Shown: positions 54,716 through 62,722 of the stretch, one piece after another
How positions within the stretch are numbered: position 1 is the stretch's first letter
Layout: each line of letters begins with the position of its first letter
NCBI GenBank assembly: GCA_030018935.1
Contig: JASEGZ010000001.1
Location: 33,290-97,289, forward strand
Source: Syntrophales bacterium
Lineage (GTDB): Bacteria > Desulfobacterota > Syntrophia > Syntrophales > CG2-30-49-12
Length of the DNA: 64,000 bases
Direction of reading: 5' to 3'
Program-made: the position numbers and the translations under genes
The notes under the pieces: generated by a model
The model's input: the letters and a program-made list of their open reading frames with translations, nothing else
Databases searched by the model: none
Told to the model about the DNA's origin: nothing

Positions 54716-55804
54716 ATGCTTAAGCCGCCACAATGCAGAACAACGGCGATGGGCATTATGCCCTATACAGATATCGAGAAGGCCATTGAATTTGCCCTGA
54801 GTCTGGATATTCCATTCTGGCCCCAGCTTCCCAGGGTAAGCTTCTATGAGGATATGTATGCCCAGGCATCAGAGAATTTCCCCGGTATAGTGGTAGATAC
54901 TGAAAATAAGAGGCTTAACTTTAGTACGGTCAGGTTTGAACAGGAACTGGGGGGTTATTTTGAAAAAATGGACGATACCGAAACCTTTGCCCTGAGCGAG
55001 AAGTATTCGGTGGTTTATCACAAATTTCTGGCGAGGGAGACGGGAGGATGCTATGCCATCAGGGGGCAGATCACCGGGCCAGTGAGTTTTGGCTTCAATG
55101 TGATTGATGAGAATCGGAAGCCTATCATCTATAATGATGAGGTAAGGGCTGTTCTATTTGACTTCATCCAGAAAAAGGTAAATGTCCAGTACCATGAGCT
55201 CAGAGAAAGGAATCCAGATGCCTTTGTCTGGGTGGATGAGCCAGGACTAGGCTACGTGTTTAGTGGTTACTCCGGTTACAACGACCGCCAGGCTCAGAAA
55301 GACTATCTGGGCTTTCTTCAGGGATTAGAAGGTCCTAAGGGTCTCCATCTTTGCGCTAATGTGAACTTGCCTTACCTGCTGAAATTAGGGATTGAGATCC
55401 TCTCCTTTGATGCCTATCAAATTGAATTCATGCCCAGGGAATATGCCGGTGCAGTGGCTGAATTTCTGAGAGGCGATGGTGTTATATGCTGGGGTATCAT
55501 CCCCACTGAATCAGCGATTCTCGCCAGAGAAACACCAGAGACATTAGCTGATCGGTTAATAGATTATTGGGAAGTCGCTGCCCAGTATACGAATTTGACA
55601 GTTGAGGAGATTGCTGAACGGGCATTGGTGGCGCCAGCGAGGTGTTGTCTTAGGGATATTAGCGAGGAGGGCGATGAGATAACCGCACAAATCCAGGAAA
55701 AATGTCAGTTTCCCACTATTGAGGAATGTATTGTGGAAAGGGCGTTTACCTTCCTCCCGGAACTCTCCTGGATACTAAGGGAGAAGTACCACCTTTATAG
55801 CTAA
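54716..55804 (+). CDS. URO-D / MetE-like TIM-barrel protein of unknown role
   Basis: 362 aa. The family assignment rests only on general resemblance (PYTDIEKAIEF...FWPQLP..., later WVDEPGL). No catalytic motif was confirmed. Confidence 0.4.
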   Translation: MLKPPQCRTTAMGIMPYTDIEKAIEFALSLDIPFWPQLPRVSFYEDMYAQASENFPGIVVDTENKRLNFSTVRFEQELGGYFEKMDDTETFALSEKYSVVYHKFLARETGGCYAIRGQITGPVSFGFNVIDENRKPIIYNDEVRAVLFDFIQKKVNVQYHELRERNPDAFVWVDEPGLGYVFSGYSGYNDRQAQKDYLGFLQGLEGPKGLHLCANVNLPYLLKLGIEILSFDAYQIEFMPREYAGAVAEFLRGDGVICWGIIPTESAILARETPETLADRLIDYWEVAAQYTNLTVEEIAERALVAPARCCLRDISEEGDEITAQIQEKCQFPTIEECIVERAFTFLPELSWILREKYHLYS

Positions 55805-55849
55805 TATCGCAAACTATTTGCGACCTTCAGGGAAAAGAAGGTCTTATAA

Positions 55850-56416
55850 ATGATGAATCAAGACGAAAAGAGAGGCCAGAGGGGAGATTCTTTCCTCTCG
55901 GAAGTAGTTAATGCGAGCGGTGAGACAATAGATAGCTGTTATCAGTGTCAGAAGTGTTCCGCAGGGTGTCCGGTTGCCTATGCGATGGGTATCCTTCCCC
56001 ATCAGATCCTCCGCCACATACAGTACGGCCATCGGGAGAAGGTTCTCTCTTCGAGGACCATCTGGATTTGCGCCTCATGTTATACCTGTGGCGTTCGCTG
56101 TCCCAATAACATCAGTATTGCCAGAGTCATGGATACCTTAAGGCACTTGGCGATTCATGCGGGGGTCAAGTTAGGGGAAGAGGACGTTCCCATTTTCCAC
56201 TCCGTCTTTTTGGATGCCATCAAAAAAGGGGGAAGGGTTTACGAGCTTGGCCTCATCTTCCAGTTTAAGTCTAAGACCCGGGACTTTCTCAAAGACACCG
56301 AGTTGGGATGGAAGATGTTCCGCCGGGGAAAGATTAGGCTCCTCCCCCCCCCCTTCAGTTCTAAAAAAGAGATCAGGGAGATCTTCAACGTTTATGAGAA
56401 AGGAAAGAGAGGTTGA
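55850..56416 (+). CDS. hdrC: heterodisulfide reductase subunit C-like
   Basis: 188 aa with two 4Fe-4S motifs, CYQCQKCSAGCP and CASCYTCGVRCP. Confidence 0.85.
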   Translation: MMNQDEKRGQRGDSFLSEVVNASGETIDSCYQCQKCSAGCPVAYAMGILPHQILRHIQYGHREKVLSSRTIWICASCYTCGVRCPNNISIARVMDTLRHLAIHAGVKLGEEDVPIFHSVFLDAIKKGGRVYELGLIFQFKSKTRDFLKDTELGWKMFRRGKIRLLPPPFSSKKEIREIFNVYEKGKRG

Positions 56417-57234
56417 AAGAAGTTTCTTATTACCCTGGATGTTCCCTCCACGGGACGGCAAGGGAGTATGACGAGTCATGCCGGGGCGTCTCAGATATCC
56501 TCGGTATCAAGCTTTCTGAGCTTGAGGACTGGAACTGCTGCGGTGCAAGTTCCGCCCACTGTACGGATGAGCGGTTGTCCATCGCGCTTGCCGGCCGGAA
56601 TCTTGACATTGCCAACAAATCCGCCAGGGAACTGCTTGTCCCCTGTGTAGCCTGTTTTAGCCGGCTTAAGGCAGCGGAAAAGGAAATAGGGGAGGGAGGT
56701 GTTCCCATCCGGTATGCCCTTGAATTCTTTTCCGACGAGCCGGTCTTAGAGGAGATGAAGAAGAGGCTGGTCAGACCCCTTTCCGGGCTTAAGGTCGTCT
56801 GTTATTACGGGTGTCTTGCCGTTCGCCCCCCGCAGCTTACGGGAGTGAAAGAACATGAAAACCCTCAGCATATGGACAGGGTGGTGGAAGCGATTGACGC
56901 CGAGCCGATACCTTGGTCGTATAAAACTGACTGTTGTGGATCCTCCCTGATGCTGGCGCGGACAGATATTGTAAAAAAATTGACTGGACGCCTCCTCTCT
57001 ATGGCCAGAGAGGCAGAGGCAGATTGCATCGTTGTAGGTTGTCCTATCTGTCAGGCCAATCTCGATACCCGCCAGGAGGAGCTGGAAAAGGAGGCAGGAG
57101 AAAACTTTAACCTCCCTATCCTCTATTTTACAGAGTTAATGGGATTGGCACTCGGCCATAAAGATGTAAAAAAATGGTTGGGCCGGCATATTGTTGACCC
57201 CACCAAAATGCTGAGTAAAAAGGGATTGATTTAA
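56413..57234 (+). CDS. hdrB: heterodisulfide reductase subunit B-like
   Basis: 273 aa with a TTG start overlapping the hdrC stop. Two CCG domains are present (WNCCGASS, TDCCGSS). Confidence 0.85.
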   Translation: MKEVSYYPGCSLHGTAREYDESCRGVSDILGIKLSELEDWNCCGASSAHCTDERLSIALAGRNLDIANKSARELLVPCVACFSRLKAAEKEIGEGGVPIRYALEFFSDEPVLEEMKKRLVRPLSGLKVVCYYGCLAVRPPQLTGVKEHENPQHMDRVVEAIDAEPIPWSYKTDCCGSSLMLARTDIVKKLTGRLLSMAREAEADCIVVGCPICQANLDTRQEELEKEAGENFNLPILYFTELMGLALGHKDVKKWLGRHIVDPTKMLSKKGLI

Positions 57235-57251
57235 AGCTTATTCATGCAGAG

Positions 57252-57360
57252 AAATTCTAAATACGAAATACTAAATCCTAAACAAGCACAAATGTTCAAA
57301 ATACAAATGACTCAAACAAAAAAGTTTAAAATTTTGATATTTGAATTTGTTTAGAATTTT
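57252..57360. repeat. heptamer-arm hairpin, family D
   Basis: aaattctaaatacgaaatactaaatcctaaacaagcacaaatg ... tttgaatttgtttagaatttt. Shares aaatcctaaacaa with 33204-33348. Lies upstream of hdrA. Confidence 0.85.
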
Positions 57361-57378
57361 ATCCATTGTGAGGGATAT

Positions 57379-60300
57379 ATGACCGATAAAATAGGGGCCG
57401 TCATGGTTGTAGGAGGCGGGATCGCGGGAATCCAGGCTTCCCTTGACCTGGCCGAATCCGGTTACTATGTTTACCTGGTGGAGTCCTCGCCGGCGATTGG
57501 CGGCGTCATGGCCCAACTGGACAAGACCTTTCCCACCAACGATTGTGCCATGTGTATCGTCTCCCCCAAACTGGTCGAGGCAGGTCGTCACCTGAATATA
57601 GAGGTCCTCACCTACTCTGAGGTAGTAAAGGTAGAGGGGGAGCCCGGAAACTTCAGAGTTACCGTAAGGAAGAAGCCCCGTTACATTGATATTTCCAAAT
57701 GCACAGGTTGTGGGGCGTGTATTGAGGCCTGTATCATGAAAAAGGGTGTGCCTTCTGAATTTGAAGAAGGTTTGGCCAGGCGAAAGCCCATCTATATCCT
57801 CTTTCCCCAGGCCGTCCCGTTGAAGGCAGTTATAGACGAAAAGAGTTGCCTCTTTTTAAGCAGAGGAAAATGTCAGAAGAAATGTGTGGAAGCCTGTCAG
57901 GCAGGGGCCATTGATCTTGACCAGCAGGAAGAAATGGTCGTCATGGAAGTGGGCTCCATCATCCTGAGCCCGGGATTTGACGAATTCGATGCGAGACGAT
58001 TGACCGCCTATGGATATGGCCGTTTTCCCAATGTTATTACCAGCATCCAATTTGAGCGGATCCTCAGTCCCTCCGGTCCATTTCAGGGAACTATCTTAAG
58101 ACCCTCGGATCAGAAAACCCCGAAGAAGATTGCCTGGATCCAATGCTCTGGCTCCAGAGATATGACCGAGATGGGCGGCAATGAATATTGCAGTTCAATC
58201 TGCTGTATGTATGCCATCAAAGAGGCGGTCATCGCGCGTGAACATCAGCCGGATGTGGAACCCACGCTCTTTTATATGGATATCCGCGCCCATGGAAAGG
58301 GTTTCGATGCCTATTATGAGAGGGCAAAAGAGGAACATGGGGTCCGGTTTATCCGTTCGATGGTCTCCCGGGTGGCGGAGAGACCAAAGTCAAAAAACCT
58401 GATGATCACCTATGTGGATTCCGAAAATCATCTCCAGGAGGAGGAATTCGATCTGGTTGTCCTTTCCGTGGGTCTTACACCCTCAAAGGGTGCAAGAGAG
58501 GTTGCTCAGACACTTGGCCTTGAGCTGGATGCCTACGGGTTCTGCAAGACCGGTGGGTTTTCCCCTCTTGATACCAGCCGGTCCGGTATCTATGTGTGCG
58601 GTACTTTTCAGGGACCCAAGGATATTCCCGAGACGGTTGCCCAGGCCAGCGCCGCGGTAACAAACGCCTCTGGTCTCCTTGCCGGGGTGCGGGGAACCAT
58701 GATGAAGAAGAAGGACCTCCCTCCTGAGATTGATGTCCGGGGCGGGGAACCACGGATCGGTGTCTTCGTCTGCCACTGCGGGACCAATATTGGAGGTGTG
58801 GTCAATGTTCCCGGGGTGAAGGAGTATGCGCGCAACTTGGAGAATGTGGTTTACACAGATGAGAGTCTTTACGCTTGTTCCCAGGATAGCCAGGAAAAGA
58901 TTAAAGATGCGATCAGGGAGTACAAACTGAACCGTGTCGTCGTTGCCTCCTGTTCCCCGAGGACACACGAACCTCTGTTCCGTGAGACTGTCCGGGAGGC
59001 CGGGCTGAACAAATACCTCTTTGAGATGGCCAACATTCGTGACCAGTGCTCTTGGGTCCACATGCACGAGAAAGAAAAAGCGACCATTAAGGCTAAAGAC
59101 CTCGTCCGGATGGCCATGGCCAATGCGAGATTGGTTCAGCCTCTCCATGAATCAATCGTGTCGGTCATCCCGAAGGGATTAGTCATCGGAGGAGGGGTAG
59201 CGGGGATAACCGCCTCCCTCAAGCTGGCTCAGCAGGGGTATGAGGTCTTTTTGATTGAAAAAGAGGCCGAGCTGGGAGGGAATGCGAGGAACATCCATTA
59301 TACAATCGAGGGCGAAGACGTCCAGGAATATTTGCAGGATTTGATCGGGCAGGTGACCGCTCATCCTTTAATCGTCGTCATCACCAATGCGCTGGTCGTT
59401 GATTTCAGCGGCTCTAGAGGGAACTTTTCCACCGGGATCATGGTGGCGCCGACTATGTACTATCAGAAGATCGAGCATGGGATAACGATCGTGGCCACAG
59501 GCGCCGAAGAATGGAAACCCACTGAATATCTCTATGGGGAAGACCCCCGTATTGTTACCCAGTTGGAACTGGAAGGCAGCATTGCCTCCCATCCGGAGGA
59601 AACGACACAGTTAAGACAGGTGGTGATGATTCAGTGTGTAGGATCGAGGAATGAAGAACGGCCTTACTGTAGCCGGGTTTGTTGCGCGGAGGCGGTGAAG
59701 AATGCCCTCAAATTGAAGGCACTCAGTCCCGGTGCGAAAATCTATATCCTCTATAGAGATATGCGAACCTATGGACTCCTCGAATCTTACTATACGAAGG
59801 CCCGTAAGGAAGGGATTATGTTTGTCAAATATGACCCCGGCAATAAACCTGAAGTCAAGAAGGAGGGTAAAAATCTCTTTGTTTCCCTTATGGATGATAC
59901 CATCGGGGAACGGGTCGCTTTAAAGCCTGACCTTCTGGTTCTGTCTGCCGCTACCATTCCGAGGGGGAATAAGGAATTAGCGAACCTCTTGAAAGTACCC
60001 CGCACGGCAGAGGGGTTTTTCTTAGAAGCCCATATGAAGTTGAGACCGGTGGATTTTGCTACCGATGGTCTCTATCTGGCAGGGACGGGACACGGCCCGA
60101 AATTGATCAGCGAGAGTATCTCTCAGGCAATGGCCGCCGCGGCCCGGGCCTGTACCATCCTGTCCAAAGAGAAGATACTGGTAGGGGGAGTTGTGGCGGT
60201 GGTAGATGGTGAGCGGTGTGCGGCATGTCTGACCTGCGTAAGGGTCTGTCCCTATGAAGTGCCGGTGATCAACGTCCGGGGTGAGGCGGAGATTGATATT

Positions 60301-60414
60301 GCGAAGTGTAAGGGGTGTGGATCCTGTGCGGCGGAATGTCCAGCTATGGCCATAGAACTGATGCATTTTCGCGAAGCCCAGCTTGAGGCCAAATGCCAGG
60401 CACTCATGTCATAA
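57379..60414 (+). CDS. hdrA: large HdrA-like flavoprotein with duplicated FAD/Fe-S module
   Basis: 1011 aa with two GGGxAG FAD motifs (VVGGGIAGIQ, VIGGGVAGIT), two C.GSR...CS..CC signatures and several ferredoxin motifs. No in-frame stop codon. Confidence 0.88.
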   Translation: MTDKIGAVMVVGGGIAGIQASLDLAESGYYVYLVESSPAIGGVMAQLDKTFPTNDCAMCIVSPKLVEAGRHLNIEVLTYSEVVKVEGEPGNFRVTVRKKPRYIDISKCTGCGACIEACIMKKGVPSEFEEGLARRKPIYILFPQAVPLKAVIDEKSCLFLSRGKCQKKCVEACQAGAIDLDQQEEMVVMEVGSIILSPGFDEFDARRLTAYGYGRFPNVITSIQFERILSPSGPFQGTILRPSDQKTPKKIAWIQCSGSRDMTEMGGNEYCSSICCMYAIKEAVIAREHQPDVEPTLFYMDIRAHGKGFDAYYERAKEEHGVRFIRSMVSRVAERPKSKNLMITYVDSENHLQEEEFDLVVLSVGLTPSKGAREVAQTLGLELDAYGFCKTGGFSPLDTSRSGIYVCGTFQGPKDIPETVAQASAAVTNASGLLAGVRGTMMKKKDLPPEIDVRGGEPRIGVFVCHCGTNIGGVVNVPGVKEYARNLENVVYTDESLYACSQDSQEKIKDAIREYKLNRVVVASCSPRTHEPLFRETVREAGLNKYLFEMANIRDQCSWVHMHEKEKATIKAKDLVRMAMANARLVQPLHESIVSVIPKGLVIGGGVAGITASLKLAQQGYEVFLIEKEAELGGNARNIHYTIEGEDVQEYLQDLIGQVTAHPLIVVITNALVVDFSGSRGNFSTGIMVAPTMYYQKIEHGITIVATGAEEWKPTEYLYGEDPRIVTQLELEGSIASHPEETTQLRQVVMIQCVGSRNEERPYCSRVCCAEAVKNALKLKALSPGAKIYILYRDMRTYGLLESYYTKARKEGIMFVKYDPGNKPEVKKEGKNLFVSLMDDTIGERVALKPDLLVLSAATIPRGNKELANLLKVPRTAEGFFLEAHMKLRPVDFATDGLYLAGTGHGPKLISESISQAMAAAARACTILSKEKILVGGVVAVVDGERCAACLTCVRVCPYEVPVINVRGEAEIDIAKCKGCGSCAAECPAMAIELMHFREAQLEAKCQALMS

Positions 60415-60431
60415 AACATCAGTCATACGTC

Positions 60432-60498
60432 ATACGTCATAAGTCGTAATATAAAAGACATAAGACATAAGACATATGACATATGACGTGTGTCAACA
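60432..60498. repeat. heptamer-arm hairpin, family A
   Basis: gtcatacgtcatacgtcataagtcgtaa tataaaa gacataagacataagacatatgacatatgacg. Lies between hdrA and mvhD. Confidence 0.9.
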
Positions 60499-60514
60499 GG
60501 TAGGATAAAGAGGT

Positions 60515-60940
60515 ATGGTGGAAAATAACGGTTTTGAGCCGGAGGTTCTCGCTTTTTGTTGTGAGTATTGAGCCTATACCGCAGCGGACCTGGCAGGTTC
60601 GATGAGGCTCGATTATCCCAGCAATGTGAAGATTGTGAAGGTCCCCTGTACGGGAAGGGTGGATATCCTGATGATTCTTCGCACCTTTGAGTCTGGGGTG
60701 GATGGTGTATTTGTGGCCGGATGTCTCGAAGGAGAATGCCATTTTCTTAAAGGTAATCTAAGGGCGAAGAAGCGTGTTCAGTATGTGAAAGAATTACTGG
60801 ATGAGTCGGGGATTGGTGGTTCACGGTTAGAGATGTACAACATGTCTGCTGCTGAGGGGCAGCGGTTTGCCGCAGTAGCCAAAGAAATGACGGAGAAGAT
60901 TCGATCCCTGGGACCGTCTCCCGTAAAAACAGGTAGATAG
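60515..60940 (+). CDS. mvhD: MvhD-like [2Fe-2S] protein with in-frame UGA (selenocysteine)
   Basis: The track shows only 60602-60940. Reading from ATG 60515 (after AAAGAGG) gives MVENNGFEPEVLAFCCEY-TGA-AYTAADLAGSMRLDYPSNVKIVKVPCTGRV. The UGA (60569-60571) aligns with the Cys of the MvhD motif FCCNWC.Y.GADLAG. Confidence 0.8.
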
Positions 60941-60988
60941 ACTGAAGGCTGAAGACTTTTAGGACACTTCAGCCTTTGGTCTTCAGCC
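60941..60988 (+). terminator. family B heptamer hairpin after mvhD (possible terminator or RNA-stability element)
   Basis: ggctgaagac (60947) pairs with gtcttcagcc (60979). There is no clear U-tract, so the terminator function is uncertain. Confidence 0.35.
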
Positions 60989-61074
60989 TAAACACCTGAG
61001 TAGTTACAGAGTAAAGAATTACAGGACAGGGGGGCTGTAAAGTCTCTATGGCGCTGTAATTATCGGAGGAAGCA

Positions 61075-61743
61075 ATGATTGTAGCAAATCGTAAACCCCT
61101 GGAGGAGATTTTAGAGATGGTCAAACCCTATAAGAAGATTCTCCTTCTCGGGTGCAATGAATGTGTGACGGTCTGTGCGGTGGGAGGACAGAGGGAGGTA
61201 GGAGTCCTCGCTTCGGAGTTGCGACTCTCCCGAGCAAAGGATGGGGATGAGGTTGAGATAAAGGAACACACCCTGGAACGTCAATGTGATTATGAATACA
61301 TTGATCAGATCCGCCCCTTTGTGGGAGACTATGAGCTAATCCTCTCCATGGCCTGTGGGGCCGGGGTTCAATATGTGGCAGAGACTTACCGGTCGAAATT
61401 GGTGGTGCCGGCGGTCAATACCACCTTCTTAGGGGTGACCCTGGAGCAGGGGGTATGGTCGGAGCGATGCCAGGGCTGTGGGAGCTGCATCCTGGATAAG
61501 ACGGGTGGAATATGTCCGATTGCCCGTTGTGCGAAGAGCTTGCTTAATGGTCCATGTGGCGGTTCTTCAGGAGGCAAGTGTGAGATTGACAAAGAGGTTG
61601 ACTGTGGCTGGCAGTTGATCATAGATCGGTTGCAGGAACTCGGCCAGATGGATCGCTATGAAGAGATTATCCCGGTTAAGGATTGGACGACGGCAAGAGA
61701 TGGGGGACCGAGGAAGAGAGTAAGGGAGGATTTGAGGCTATGA
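61075..61743 (+). CDS. metV: MetV (methylene-THF reductase C-terminal-domain Fe-S/zinc-ribbon protein)
   Basis: 222 aa, Cys-rich (GCNECVTVC, CQGCGSC, CPIARC, NGPCGG). Its stop overlaps the metF start. Confidence 0.75.
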   Translation: MIVANRKPLEEILEMVKPYKKILLLGCNECVTVCAVGGQREVGVLASELRLSRAKDGDEVEIKEHTLERQCDYEYIDQIRPFVGDYELILSMACGAGVQYVAETYRSKLVVPAVNTTFLGVTLEQGVWSERCQGCGSCILDKTGGICPIARCAKSLLNGPCGGSSGGKCEIDKEVDCGWQLIIDRLQELGQMDRYEEIIPVKDWTTARDGGPRKRVREDLRL

Positions 61744-62669
61744 CAAACACCAGATCAAACATTGAGCGGATCCTGGATGCAGGAGGATTTGTAGTTACTT
61801 CGGAGTGCGGGCCACCGCGAGGTGCCGATGCGGAAGTAGTGCGTAAAAAGGGAGAGCTGCTCAAGGGAGTGGTGGATGCGGTCAATGTAACGGATAATCA
61901 GACCTCGGTAGTAAGAATGTCCTCTCTTTCCTCCTGTGTGATCTTGAAGGAGATGGGGTTTGATCCGATCCTCCAGGTGGTCTGCCGGGACCGGAATCGA
62001 ATTGCTCTCCAGAGTGACATTCTTGGCGCAGCGGCGCTTTCGATCAACAACATCCTCTGTCTTTCCGGTGATCATCAGAAGTTCGGAGATCATCCGAAGG
62101 CGAAGAATGTATTTGACATAGATTCGATCCAGTTGATTCAGGCAGTGAGAACAATGAGGGATGAGGGAAGATTTATTGGTGGAGAGGAGATCAAGGGAAA
62201 ACCGATGCTCTTCATCGGGGCGGCGGAGAATCCCTTTGCAGATCCCTTTGAGATACGGGCGCCCCGGTTGGGAAAGAAGGTAAAGGCCGGCTGTGAATTT
62301 ATCCAGACACAGTGTATCTATAACCTGGAGCGGTTTGAACGCTGGATGGTGATGGTGAGAGACCGGGGGTTGCATGAGAAATGTGCAATCCTGGCAGGGG
62401 TGACGCCATTTAAATCGGTAGGGATGGCACGGTACATGAAAAATCAGGTGCCGGGAATGGATGTGCCGGATGAGATGATTGAGAGGATGAAAGGGGTGCC
62501 GAAGGAGCAGCAGGCAGAGGAGGGGATAAATATCTGCGTGGAGACGATCCAGAGGTTAAAAGAGATCCCCGGCGTCCGGGGGATACACATTATGGCCATT
62601 GAGTGGGAGGAGAAGGTGTCGGAGATTGCCGAAGCGGCAGGTCTTCTGCCCAGGCCGCAATTACCGTGA
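61740..62669 (+). CDS. metF: methylenetetrahydrofolate reductase
   Basis: The track starts at 61683. The likely start is MTNTRSNIERILDAGGFVVTSECGPPRG at 61740 (ATGA overlap). It is a typical acetogen-type MetF TIM barrel. Confidence 0.85.
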   Translation: MTNTRSNIERILDAGGFVVTSECGPPRGADAEVVRKKGELLKGVVDAVNVTDNQTSVVRMSSLSSCVILKEMGFDPILQVVCRDRNRIALQSDILGAAALSINNILCLSGDHQKFGDHPKAKNVFDIDSIQLIQAVRTMRDEGRFIGGEEIKGKPMLFIGAAENPFADPFEIRAPRLGKKVKAGCEFIQTQCIYNLERFERWMVMVRDRGLHEKCAILAGVTPFKSVGMARYMKNQVPGMDVPDEMIERMKGVPKEQQAEEGINICVETIQRLKEIPGVRGIHIMAIEWEEKVSEIAEAAGLLPRPQLP

Positions 62670-62722
62670 ATTGTAGCGAGTAGTTACGGTTATTGTAAAG
62701 TTGGGCAAGAGGGTAGACAATC

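Noticed and set aside
57379-60414. Selenocysteine codon in HdrA (known in some Sec-using organisms)
   Set aside because: The 1011-aa frame is uninterrupted, and both C.GSR...CS..CC signatures carry Cys. No in-frame TGA was found.
3232-60988. Heptamer repeat clusters as possible CRISPR arrays
   Set aside because: The units are only 7 nt and directly abutting with no unique spacers, and no cas genes are present. They are simple tandem/inverted repeats.
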